DNA of 64,000 nucleotides from an uncultured Phycisphaerae bacterium (GTDB lineage Bacteria; Planctomycetota; Phycisphaerae; JAAYCJ01): NCBI GenBank assembly GCA_964563935.1, contig CAZLZE010000006.1, positions 119 to 64,118 of the forward strand, read 5' to 3'. Shown piece by piece: positions 1 to 9,010 of this stretch (position 1 is its first letter; each line of letters starts with the position of its first letter). The notes under the pieces were generated by a model. It saw only the letters and a program-made list of their open reading frames with translations, ran no database searches and was not told where the DNA came from. The position numbers and the translations under genes were made by a program.

Positions 1-161
1 TGAAATTCCTGAAACATTGGACCTTGTAACGCGTCTATATAGTAGAGAGATACTGGCAGGGGAAGGGGACTGAAAAAGGGCCGTGCTGTAATACGGCACC
101 TATTGGGGTCTATCGTGCCTGTAGTTTCGGTTGCGATCGTTTTGTTTTTGGGAGGCGTGCA

Positions 162-896
162 ATGTCTGGCATGAGGGAAAATCAAAGGGTGTTCGGATTC
201 ACCCTTATTGAACTGCTGGTGGTCGTCGCCATCATATCGCTTCTGATATCGATCCTGCTTCCGGCGGTAGGTTCGGCGAGGGAGTTGGCGAAAGGGATGT
301 CTTGCTCGAACAACGTGCGGCAGTTCTTGATTGCCAACACGCAGTACAGCACGGATCATCACGACACTTGGCCTGGTCGCGGGGACAACAGCGTTACGGA
401 TGATTACGATAACACGTTGTGTTCTTGGGTTCCGTGCGGAGAGGCGACGGATCCGCAATTCGACATCAAGAAGGGCGTTCTGTTTCCTTATATCGTGAAT
501 CCGGTGCTTTACCGGTGTCCGAGCGATCCTGCGCCGTCGAACGGTCAGATCAGTTATTCGATCAACGCCAATCTGTACACGCATTACGTCTGCCTTCCGA
601 GCGTTCGGCCGACGATCAAATACCCGAAGCCGGAACGATTCACGGCTCAGCCCGACCATCTGGTGATTTTTGTGGATGAGGCGAATCAACAGAATGATGG
701 GAACTTCAAGCCGATCCGGATTTCCGCCGGGATGTTCGGAGACATTCCAGCCTGGTGGCATAACAACAAGGCGGTGTTCGGATTTTTCGACAATCACGTG
801 GATCTTCGCAGTTCCCAGGATGCACACATTATGGATCACAATGACCCGTGTTGGTATCCGACGGACAACGAGACAGAGCACGAGCAGATCATATGA
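162..896 (+). CDS. Prepilin-type N-terminal cleavage/methylation domain protein, DUF1559 (H-X9-DG) family
   Basis: N-terminal [25 protein letters not shown] motif typical of type II secretion pseudopilin-like proteins. C-terminal region ends with a H...DG-like motif. Family is massively expanded in Planctomycetes and Lentisphaerae. Confidence 0.8.
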   Translation: MSGMRENQRVFGFTLIELLVVVAIISLLISILLPAVGSARELAKGMSCSNNVRQFLIANTQYSTDHHDTWPGRGDNSVTDDYDNTLCSWVPCGEATDPQFDIKKGVLFPYIVNPVLYRCPSDPAPSNGQISYSINANLYTHYVCLPSVRPTIKYPKPERFTAQPDHLVIFVDEANQQNDGNFKPIRISAGMFGDIPAWWHNNKAVFGFFDNHVDLRSSQDAHIMDHNDPCWYPTDNETEHEQII

Positions 897-1702
897 AGAA
901 GGTATTTTTGCTGATTTTCATCTTGGCGGGCAGCTCCTGGGCGTCGGCTGGGGACTGGGGTACCATTTCCTGGTCCGAGCTCAAGAAAGAAGGGAAGCTG
1001 AAGGTCGGATTCGTCATTGAGCCGGACGCGAGGACCAGATTTGAGCGACTGAAGCTTACCGCCCGTCCTGGGCCGATCACTCTTGCCACCATTGAAACTC
1101 CCCAGATCAGCCATACGGGTTTCGCCGTGTCAGGTGAGGTGAAATGTCAGGGATTGACGCAATACGGGACGCTGGAACTGGTGGCGTATTATCCCGGAGG
1201 ACGGACGTACAGCATACAGGCGGTCGGGTCGAATCTTTTCGCCCTGAATCTTTATGGTTCATCCGACTGGACCCGCTTTTCTTTCTGGTACTTCCTGAGT
1301 TCCAATTCAAAAGAGAAGCCCGAACGATTTGAGGTGCGGATCAATGTGCCCGGTGAGGGGGCGGTTTATCTATCGCCTTTACACTTTGGTGAGTTTGAAA
1401 AGAGCAAGCCGGTGCAGGTTACTCGCGGCAGCATGCGCACAGTCTTCGTGATCTTTTTGATCGTGGTTCTTGTTCTGACGTTGGCCTTTTACTGGACGCT
1501 GTCCCGATATCGACCCGGAAAGTGGACATTGGCCTTTATCATCCCCATGACCCTTCTGGGCGGCGTGCTTCTTCTCATGGGCATCCCGGCTTTGTATACC
1601 AGCGGGCAATTTACGGACTTCGCTCCCTTCATCTTCCTCGGTGCTGCGGAGGTATTGCTTCCCTGGATTCTGAAGGCCCGTGCTCAGCTGCGATATCAGT
1701 AG
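893..1702 (+). CDS. Hypothetical membrane protein (signal peptide, beta-rich ectodomain, C-terminal TM helices)
   Basis: ATG at 893 ([20 protein letters not shown] signal peptide) overlaps the upstream stop in an ATGA arrangement. Hydrophobic helices at the C-terminus ([18 protein letters not shown]..., [15 protein letters not shown]...). No recognisable family. Confidence 0.5.
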   Translation: MKKVFLLIFILAGSSWASAGDWGTISWSELKKEGKLKVGFVIEPDARTRFERLKLTARPGPITLATIETPQISHTGFAVSGEVKCQGLTQYGTLELVAYYPGGRTYSIQAVGSNLFALNLYGSSDWTRFSFWYFLSSNSKEKPERFEVRINVPGEGAVYLSPLHFGEFEKSKPVQVTRGSMRTVFVIFLIVVLVLTLAFYWTLSRYRPGKWTLAFIIPMTLLGGVLLLMGIPALYTSGQFTDFAPFIFLGAAEVLLPWILKARAQLRYQ

Positions 1703-1717
1703 GCGGAATCCAGCACT

Positions 1718-2647
1718 CTACCGGACTAAGGTCCCAGGCCTCGGGCCGGAGAGCTTTATCTTTTTGCGATAACGCAACGGACTTATACCGAAGGTGGATT
1801 TGAAGGTCTTGCTGAAATGGAAGATGTCGGCGAACCCGACTTTCCTGCTGATCTCCGTGATGGTGGAGATTGGTTGAGCCAGAAGGACCTGCGCTTTTCG
1901 CATGCGTGCCCGCATCACATAGGCCATCGGAGCCAGCCCGACCACTTTCTTGAAAACATAGTGAAATCGCGTTTCGGAAAGAAACACCAGTTGGGCCAGT
2001 TGGGAACGCTGGATTGGCTGATCCAGGTGTTTTTCGACATAATTGAAGACGGGCTCCATGCGAGTGATTTCCAATAGGTCGGCTGGGTCCATCGCCCGGA
2101 GTTTCGACACGGAAATGATGGATCGCAAAAGTCGGGTAGCCAGTTCATGTCTGACAACGGCCTGGACAAAGACATCGCCTCCGGCCGGCTCGTCGGCCAT
2201 GGCCTGATGCAGGTCATGGGTGAGGCGTCCGATTTCGATACCGGCGGATCGTCTGACGCGCCGGGGCACTTCAAAAAAGTGGAAAATATCCATCGAGCCG
2301 AATACCGTATAACGGATGTGTGCATAGCTGACAACGCCCGGCCTGGGCATGCTTACGGTATGGCGAATTCCGCCGGGCACCAGCAGCGCCTCGCCGGCTT
2401 TGATCTTCAGGAGTCCTTCGTTCTCGATTCTGCAGTAGTATTCTCCCTGTTGCGGACAGACAATTACCAGAAACGGCATGAGTCGCCAATCGGTTTCACC
2501 ATGGCAGCAGGGATTGCTATGACTGCCGATGAAATACTCCCAGCCTAATGATCGCTGAAGCAGAAGCGAAAGCGACTGGTCGTTATCCTGTAATTCAGAA
2601 TGCTCCATAATAGTACAAATATACAAAAATAGAGCAGGTTTGTCCAT
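1718..2647 (-). CDS. AraC family transcriptional regulator (cupin-like N-terminal domain + C-terminal HTH)
   Basis: C-terminal AraC-type HTH (…ISTITEISRKVGFADIFHFSKTFKSTFGISPLRYRKK). N-terminal beta-barrel sensor domain. Start uncertain: ATG at 2647 or 2608. The first ~54 codons of the 363-aa ORF are low-complexity and probably not coding. Confidence 0.7.
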   Translation of the reverse strand: MDKPALFLYICTIMEHSELQDNDQSLSLLLQRSLGWEYFIGSHSNPCCHGETDWRLMPFLVIVCPQQGEYYCRIENEGLLKIKAGEALLVPGGIRHTVSMPRPGVVSYAHIRYTVFGSMDIFHFFEVPRRVRRSAGIEIGRLTHDLHQAMADEPAGGDVFVQAVVRHELATRLLRSIISVSKLRAMDPADLLEITRMEPVFNYVEKHLDQPIQRSQLAQLVFLSETRFHYVFKKVVGLAPMAYVMRARMRKAQVLLAQPISTITEISRKVGFADIFHFSKTFKSTFGISPLRYRKKIKLSGPRPGTLVR

Positions 2648-2721
2648 GTCGCGGCTGTAAGAGAAGGGGTTAAAATACGTGTATAAAGTTAAGGTGTTAT
2701 CGTAGAAACCGTACTTTTTTA

Positions 2722-3087
2722 TTGGATGAGTATAAAATGATAAGAACCCGGTCCCAGATGGAACAGATACGATGTGACAAATGTCATGACGGTGTAGGAA
2801 CCATTTCATTTTATTCGGTCATTGCAGCCGGCGACAGCGATCATGCCTTGCTCTTTGTTCATGACGATATTGTGCCGCCGGGAGTGAGTATCGGTGAACA
2901 TCGCCACGAGGGAACTGAAGAGATCTATTACGTTCTTGAGGGCCATGGTACGCTGATCATGGATCATCAGCAGTCACCCGTGGGGCCGGGCGATGTCAGC
3001 CTGGTCAAATCCGGCCATTCCCACGGAATCATCAATACCGGCCAAGCCGACCTGCGATTGATCGTGGTCGGTCTGAAGGCCAGTTAG
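2722..3087 (+). CDS. Cupin domain protein (cupin_2 conserved barrel)
   Basis: G(X)5HXH(X)n E…H cupin motifs (GVSIGEHRHEGTEEIYYVLEGHG … SGHSHGIIN). Divergent from the AraC gene. Confidence 0.7.
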   Translation: MDEYKMIRTRSQMEQIRCDKCHDGVGTISFYSVIAAGDSDHALLFVHDDIVPPGVSIGEHRHEGTEEIYYVLEGHGTLIMDHQQSPVGPGDVSLVKSGHSHGIINTGQADLRLIVVGLKAS

Positions 3088-3130
3088 GAATCGACATTAA
3101 CGCCTCGATTTGTGAATGGAGTTTTGTGCG

Positions 3131-4141
3131 ATGAAAAGTAATCCCTCACTTCCGTTGTCTGTTGCGGTCATCGGCGGCGGTTTCGGCAGGTTCCACATTG
3201 GAGGCTTGCTGAACGAGCCGGACAAGTTTGTCATAAAAGCAATCTGCGATCAGAATCCCGCGGTGATCGATGACGTCAGGAAGAGTTTCGCCTTGCCGGC
3301 GTCTTGTGTCTTTCATACGGATTATCATAAGGTCATCAGCGATCCGACGATCGACGCCGTTTTCGTCAGTCTGCCGCACCACCTTCACGAATCCGTCTGC
3401 ATTGAGGCTGCGAATTACGGCAAACACATCATGCTCGACAAACCGATCGCCCGGACCCTGGAAGAAGCGGACCGCATTATTGAAGCGACCCGCAAAAATC
3501 AGGTGACGCTCATGATCGCCCATCAGATGCGGTTCTATGTGCCGTTTCGAAAGATGCATGAGTTGATCTCCAAAAACGTTCTGGGCCAGCCCTTGTACGC
3601 GGAAACTTGTCACCACCAGAATTTCAATCCGCCGGCCTCAGCCAACTGGCGGTCGAAATCGTCCGTGGGCGGCGGCTGTGTGATTGGATCGGGCATCCAT
3701 AATATCGATTTGATGCGTTGGTTCTTCGGGGAGCCCGTTGAAGTTGTTGCCTTCGGCGTCGGCGACCCCAACCGTCTCGAAGCGGAGGTCGCCGCGTCCA
3801 TTTCGTTTAGGTTCAAACAAGGCACGGTGGTAAACTTCAGTTGCAATTGGGGCTGTCACGGCGCCATGAACAGCTACGAGTGGGGCGAATGGGCGATATT
3901 CTGCTCTCAAGGCGATGTGGCCTGGAAGAATGGAAGTTTGATCATCGGCCACAACTACGGCAAGGAAATCGAAGAGTTCAAGGGCGAGAATTACCCGTGT
4001 GAATCGATCTGGACTCACTTCGCCGGATGTATCATCAACCGAACCGAGCCGCTGATCAGCGGTACCGACGCTCGCGCGTCCCTGGCCCTTGTTCAGAACA
4101 TCTACAAATCCATTGCCACCGGAAAACCGGTGTTGTGTTAG
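3131..4141 (+). CDS. Gfo/Idh/MocA family NAD(P)-dependent oxidoreductase
   Basis: N-terminal Rossmann fold (VAVIGGGFGRFHIGG…). Family-typical EKP and HQ(M)RF motifs (MLDKPIARTLEEAD; AHQMRF). GGAG Shine-Dalgarno ~10 nt upstream of ATG 3131. Confidence 0.8.
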   Translation: MKSNPSLPLSVAVIGGGFGRFHIGGLLNEPDKFVIKAICDQNPAVIDDVRKSFALPASCVFHTDYHKVISDPTIDAVFVSLPHHLHESVCIEAANYGKHIMLDKPIARTLEEADRIIEATRKNQVTLMIAHQMRFYVPFRKMHELISKNVLGQPLYAETCHHQNFNPPASANWRSKSSVGGGCVIGSGIHNIDLMRWFFGEPVEVVAFGVGDPNRLEAEVAASISFRFKQGTVVNFSCNWGCHGAMNSYEWGEWAIFCSQGDVAWKNGSLIIGHNYGKEIEEFKGENYPCESIWTHFAGCIINRTEPLISGTDARASLALVQNIYKSIATGKPVLC

Positions 4142-4267
4142 GCTGTAGAGGACTTCGAGGATATCATACTTACTTTTCCGGTGGTCTTTGATGGCCTGGA
4201 GAGTATTCTTCGCTTGGGAGTGTGACACATCTTTGCGGTACCCTCGCTAACCGCCCACACGCCCGTC

Positions 4268-4287
4268 ATTCCCGTGAAGACGGGAAT
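4268..4287. promoter_or_regulatory. Perfect hairpin (8-bp stem ATTCCCGT / ACGGGAAT, 4-nt loop) in the intergenic leader
   Basis: Seen directly in sequence: attcccgtGAAGacgggaat. No following T-run, so not a canonical intrinsic terminator. Confidence 0.5.
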
Positions 4288-4340
4288 CCTGAAGGGGCCA
4301 GCCGGTCCCTGAATATTAAGTGGCCAGGAGGTCGCTTCTG

Positions 4341-4365
4341 CATCATCCGGTCCAGCCGGATGATG
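4341..4365. promoter_or_regulatory. Perfect hairpin (10-bp stem CATCATCCGG / CCGGATGATG, 5-nt loop) upstream of the YfhO-like gene
   Basis: Seen directly: catcatccggTCCAGccggatgatg. Located ~100 nt upstream of start 4462. No T-run follows. Confidence 0.5.
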
Positions 4366-4461
4366 ACGAGGAGAGGGGCTGGAAACTCTTGGCACATCCT
4401 TCGTCTTGAGCGATGGTAAAACATTCTCCCACCGCAGCGGCGATGGCGGTACAATACGGCC

Positions 4462-7188
4462 ATGTTTCTGAGTGGTCAAATTTGGGTTGGTCTTGTGTTG
4501 CTGGGCACGCCGGTGGTGTTCTTCGGTCCGTTGTTCCTGACGTGCGGGCTGGGACCGATGGAAGATGATCTGATCCAGTATTTTCCGTATCTGGCTTGGG
4601 TGAGCGGGAATCTGAAGGCAGGGGTGTTTCCGCTATGGAATCCGCTGGCGTACGGGGGGTATTCGGCGATTGGGGATCCGCAGTCGGGTATTTTGTACCC
4701 TTTGAACTGGATTGGGGTGTTTTTGAGTCCGGGGGTGGCGTATCCGCTCTTGCTGATCATTCATTACTGGATTGCCGGATTGGGAATGTACCGGCTGGGG
4801 CGCCAGTGGAACTTGGCGATGGTCTCCGCGACGACGGGGGCGGTGGTATGGATGTTCTGCGGCTTTATGCTGGGACATCGGACGCACTATACGATCCTGG
4901 CAGCGGCGGCGTGGATGAGCGTGATTTTCTACCTGTGGACACGGATTCGAGATACAAATCGGCCTTGGGGGTGTTTCGCGGCGGTGGTCGTTTGTCAGGG
5001 CCTGCAATTGCTGGCGGGTCACGTGCAGGTGGCGGTGCTGACGGGGATGGCCCTTTTTATCTATCTGGCGGTCACTTCCGGTCCCTTGCGGGTTCGAATG
5101 CTGGTCTTTTTGGGTTTGAGTTACGTTCTGACGTTTGGGGTGGCGGCGGTTCAGCTTTTTCCTGTCTGGCAGGTGTATTCGGAGTCGGTCCGATCGGCGA
5201 ACAGTTACCGATTCATTACGGAGAATTCGTTTTTTCCCCTGGCTTGGCCATTGGTCATTGCGCCGGCGAGCCTGGGGTTGCGAATCCCGAATTTCCTGTA
5301 CGAACACAAGTATTTTGGCCCGTGGAATCATTGTGAGCTGAACGCATTTACGACACTGGCGGGGTTGACGTTGGCGGCCTTCGCGGTGCGCAACATTCGC
5401 CGGAATGAGGTCCATCGAAGAACGACCTGGTTCCTTCTTGTTCTGGGCGTGCTGGCGATATTTCTGGCCTTGGGGCGATACAATCCGGCGTTCAAGTTTC
5501 TTTACTATTTGCCGATTGTTCGTCCGTTCCGCTGTCCGGCGCGGTATCTGCTCTGGTTCAATTTCGCGGTGGCGGGGCTGGCGATGCTGGGGATGGAGGA
5601 TTTACGGCGACGGGTGGGGGCGGTGCGGTTTCGGCGATTTGGGGTTTGGTTTGTGGTGGTTGTCGGTATTCTGTTCGCGGGGTACCTTGGCCTGATGCGT
5701 TATGTGGCAGGTCGGCCGGAGGCGGCGAGACTGGTGCCGGAATCGATGTCAGGGCTGATCGCGTCGGTTCGTGAAGCCGTCACGCCGTGGAATCCAGCCA
5801 TCTCTATTCCGCTGGGTGTAGCGATAGGATTGGTGATTGTGGCGCTGCTGGTTCCGCGACGGTGGTTACCGGGGATGATTCTCTTGCTGGTAGTCGTGGA
5901 AGCGGGGACATTCGCTCCGTTTTATGATATCCGATTCGAGAAGGTGGGAAAGGTGGACCTGACGCCGCCTGTGGCCAAGACGCTGAACAAGATCGCTCCA
6001 AACGCGCGCGGATTCATCTGGCCGCTCAGCCAGGATCCGTATGTCGAGCCACTGGAGACGCTTGAGCCGTTCTGCAATATGCTGGCAGGGCGGGCGTCGA
6101 TTACCGGGTACGGACCACTGCTGAACAAGTACGCGCGGCGTCTATTCGGCTGGGAGTTGTGGCCGACGACGGGACAGTTTGTTGAATTGCTCGCGCGGAC
6201 GGATATGCTCCGCCGGTACGGGATTCGATACATTGTTGCCGACTCACTCCGGGGCAGGCAGATTGGATCGCTAAAGGAATTTGCGGGCGATGGGCGGAAC
6301 GACGTTCGAGAGGTTTTGGCAAAGGCGGTGACGGTGACTCCGGATCAGCCGTTTGTTCGGGAGTTGGAGCTTGGGGCAGGAATGTATCGACTTTCGTTCC
6401 AGGCACGACGGACCACGGCGGATCAGTTGCGGCTGTTCGTGTCGGTTCGGGGTTGGACAGACGAGTTGTGGGGACATCAGCAACTGGGCCTGGAGACGTG
6501 GGACATTGGCGAAAGCTATCGGCAATTCTCATGGACTTTTTTCGTTCCGCGAAGCGCGGGGCGAGCGACCCAGCTTAGCCTGGTGACGCAGTTGGGGCAG
6601 TGCGAGTTCAAGGGTGTTGTCTTAAGTGGAACTTCGTTCAATCTGGACCATCTGCGAGAGCATCCGGTGAAATCGGGGGAAGGTGTACGGCTTTTTGAGA
6701 ACCTGACGTGGCGAGGGGATGGTTTCTTCGCGGAGAAGGTCCGTATTATAAAAGGGGACGATGTGGCGGACGATTCGCGAATGCTGGCGGCGGATTGGGT
6801 GCTTTTTTCGCCGCAGCGGGATGCGACGTGGGTTGTTCCAAACGGGACGGCGGGGCTGCCGGACCAGTTGGGGACGGGGCGTGTGGTAAGCGTTACCGAG
6901 ACAGTGAACGGGGTCAAGGCGACGGTGGAAGTAGAGCGAGGTCGAGGTCTTTTTGTGCTTCCGGCGGGGTATAATCGTGGTTGGCTGGCGACGGTGGACG
7001 GGTTGGAGACGAAGGTTTACTGTGCGGACGGGATTTCCCGAGCTGTTGCGGTACCGGAGGGGCGGCATGAAGTGACATTGAGTTACGCACCGAACTCATT
7101 TACGGTGGGGCTGGCTGTGACAGTCTTTGCGGGACTGATATTGGCCGTGATTCTGACCAAGGGGATGGCAGATAAGGTCACGCGGTAG
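4462..7188 (+). CDS. YfhO-like polytopic membrane protein (GT-C-type glycosyltransferase-like)
   Basis: 908 aa. Many N-terminal TM helices followed by a large extracytoplasmic C-terminal domain and a terminal TM helix. N-terminal region (…DLIQYFPYLAWVSGNLKAGVFPLWNPLAYGGYSA…) resembles the bacterial YfhO family. Confidence 0.6.
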   Translation: MFLSGQIWVGLVLLGTPVVFFGPLFLTCGLGPMEDDLIQYFPYLAWVSGNLKAGVFPLWNPLAYGGYSAIGDPQSGILYPLNWIGVFLSPGVAYPLLLIIHYWIAGLGMYRLGRQWNLAMVSATTGAVVWMFCGFMLGHRTHYTILAAAAWMSVIFYLWTRIRDTNRPWGCFAAVVVCQGLQLLAGHVQVAVLTGMALFIYLAVTSGPLRVRMLVFLGLSYVLTFGVAAVQLFPVWQVYSESVRSANSYRFITENSFFPLAWPLVIAPASLGLRIPNFLYEHKYFGPWNHCELNAFTTLAGLTLAAFAVRNIRRNEVHRRTTWFLLVLGVLAIFLALGRYNPAFKFLYYLPIVRPFRCPARYLLWFNFAVAGLAMLGMEDLRRRVGAVRFRRFGVWFVVVVGILFAGYLGLMRYVAGRPEAARLVPESMSGLIASVREAVTPWNPAISIPLGVAIGLVIVALLVPRRWLPGMILLLVVVEAGTFAPFYDIRFEKVGKVDLTPPVAKTLNKIAPNARGFIWPLSQDPYVEPLETLEPFCNMLAGRASITGYGPLLNKYARRLFGWELWPTTGQFVELLARTDMLRRYGIRYIVADSLRGRQIGSLKEFAGDGRNDVREVLAKAVTVTPDQPFVRELELGAGMYRLSFQARRTTADQLRLFVSVRGWTDELWGHQQLGLETWDIGESYRQFSWTFFVPRSAGRATQLSLVTQLGQCEFKGVVLSGTSFNLDHLREHPVKSGEGVRLFENLTWRGDGFFAEKVRIIKGDDVADDSRMLAADWVLFSPQRDATWVVPNGTAGLPDQLGTGRVVSVTETVNGVKATVEVERGRGLFVLPAGYNRGWLATVDGLETKVYCADGISRAVAVPEGRHEVTLSYAPNSFTVGLAVTVFAGLILAVILTKGMADKVTR

Positions 7189-7206
7189 TGCCAGTTTTTG
7201 ATATTC

Positions 7207-8727
7207 TCATTTGCGCCGGCGAATCAGGCCGAAAAGACCCATTGCCAGTATCGATAGCGTCGCGGGCTCGGGTACCGAGGAGTACGCCGAATCCAAGCCG
7301 CCGAGACCTCCGCTCCCGAAGTTCTGGGAGAGGGCGAGGTAGTCGCTGAAATTCACTATCCCATCACTGTTGAAGTCTCCCGAGGTCCATCCGCCAGCCA
7401 AGCCGAAGTTCTGGCCGAGGATCAGGTAATCGGTGAAATTGACGACACCATCTTTGTTGGCATCGCCGGGCGTGACGGGGAGAGCGGTGATTCCAATGAA
7501 GGGATCGCTGTAGGTGGGCATTATCACCCCGGGGACGTACCCGCCGTGGATGACGAGTGCCCGATTGCCGAAGAGGTTCATTCCGATGATTCCATCGATG
7601 TATCCACCGTCGCTGCCGGTGACGTCGAGGACGATGATCGGGACGTTGCTAAGTACGAGGTTGCCCAAGCCGGTGGCGGGGAGCGTAAGTTGGTCGATGG
7701 TGTACCCAGGGGCGGTTTGGGTCCCGCCGATTCCGGTGATCTCGACGGTGAATTCCGGACTGCCGAGGTTCAGGCCGAGGTCAAGTGCGTTATCGGTGGA
7801 GATAACGGTCACCTGGGCGCCGGTATCGAAGAGAAAACTTCCACCGCCGTATCGTCCATTGTCAGTGACGTTGGCGTCGACGAACATGGCCGCCGATGCG
7901 GTCGGCGCGGGCGGGAGTCCCAGATCCTCAAACTCGGGCGGAATGAAGGTCGGAGGAAGCAAGCTGGGTTGATCGAAAGTGGCATGGAGGCGATATTCGA
8001 AGGCCGGGACGCCAGCGGCATGGCGGTCGGTGTAGAAGTCGATGGCGGGGGTGTTATAGCTGACGCCGTTGAAGGTACCGGTCAGGTATGGTTGATTGGC
8101 ACGGATGACGGTGGTGTAGTTGACGGCGAAGGGCATACCGAAAACCGTGGGCAGGTCCTGATCGTCGGGTCTTGCCGCGACGGCTTCACAGTTGCTGACG
8201 CCGACGAAGGAGGCGGTATTGGGTACGCCTCCGGAGATGCACTGAGTGCCATAGCCGAAGAACCCGGCGGCGTGCATGATGTCGCCGTAGACCGGGTCGG
8301 GTCCGGCGCCCTGAAGTTCGATGGTTCGATCGATGTCTGCCAGTCCCCACGCGGTGCGATCGGCAAGGCTCATGAGGCTGACGTTGGCGCCGGTATCCAA
8401 TGTGGCGATGGTACGATACGGATTAGCCGCCGAGGGATAAGGCGTTCCGATCATGCTCGGCTGACGGACGGTCTCCCACTCCAGTTCGTTGTTAGTGGCA
8501 TTGGTCAGTCCAACGACGAGTTGGGGTGTGAATCCGGCGATAGGGATTGTCGGAGTCTGGCTGGATGCCGTCGAAGCCGCGATACCGTTGGAGCTGGTTG
8601 GACTTGCTTGGATGACGTTCTTGACTTGGAGATAGGCATCGGCCGGTGAAACGGAGAAGGTCCAGAAAAATGTGAATCCCCCCAGCCAGAGAGCGGACCT
8701 GAACCATACGCTTCTTTTCGCAGTCAT
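7207..8727 (-). CDS. Secreted PEP-CTERM-anchored protein with dockerin-type repeats and a bilobed DTG-DTG (pepsin-like aspartic protease) core
   Basis: Signal peptide (…FSVSPADA). Two D-T-G-A motifs at residues ~111 and ~301 (LDTGANVSLM; FDTGAQVTVI), ~190 aa apart as in A1 pepsins. hydrophobic-hydrophobic-Gly element DGIIGMNLFG. Two dockerin-type Ca-binding repeats (DANKDGVVNFTDYLILGQNFG; DFNSDGIVNFSDYLALSQNFG). C-terminal VPEPATLSILAMGLFGLIRRRK PEP-CTERM sorting signal. Confidence 0.65.
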   Translation of the reverse strand: MTAKRSVWFRSALWLGGFTFFWTFSVSPADAYLQVKNVIQASPTSSNGIAASTASSQTPTIPIAGFTPQLVVGLTNATNNELEWETVRQPSMIGTPYPSAANPYRTIATLDTGANVSLMSLADRTAWGLADIDRTIELQGAGPDPVYGDIMHAAGFFGYGTQCISGGVPNTASFVGVSNCEAVAARPDDQDLPTVFGMPFAVNYTTVIRANQPYLTGTFNGVSYNTPAIDFYTDRHAAGVPAFEYRLHATFDQPSLLPPTFIPPEFEDLGLPPAPTASAAMFVDANVTDNGRYGGGSFLFDTGAQVTVISTDNALDLGLNLGSPEFTVEITGIGGTQTAPGYTIDQLTLPATGLGNLVLSNVPIIVLDVTGSDGGYIDGIIGMNLFGNRALVIHGGYVPGVIMPTYSDPFIGITALPVTPGDANKDGVVNFTDYLILGQNFGLAGGWTSGDFNSDGIVNFSDYLALSQNFGSGGLGGLDSAYSSVPEPATLSILAMGLFGLIRRRK

Positions 8728-9010
8728 CGTTCACCTCCTGAGGCTTAAGCCCAAACGCTGAGTTGGATTTTGGGATTCACGCCGTGACCCACTGTTAATC
8801 AAAATGACCCAAGTTCCTATTGTATTAAGTTTTACGTGATTTTACAAGGGACTTGCCATTAGCTCTATTGTATGGTGGGCGTCAACCCTGCTGTTCGGCG
8901 TCTCGCCACGGATCGCCACGAAGAGGGTGAGTCTGAGGTCCGCTCCTGTACAATATTGACACGGGGTCGCGATGCCCTGCTGGTGTGCGTCCTCGGTTTT
9001 TATGCAGGTT

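Noticed and set aside
4596-5415. Overlapping 246-aa (+) and 260-aa (-) ORFs inside the YfhO-like gene
   Set aside because: Alternative-frame and antisense ORFs with G-rich or R/P-rich low-complexity translation. The YfhO-like frame has coherent TM-helix periodicity.
7546-8649. 367-aa plus-strand ORF antisense to the PEP-CTERM protein
   Set aside because: G/D-rich low-complexity product. The minus-strand product has a signal peptide, dockerin repeats and a PEP-CTERM motif.
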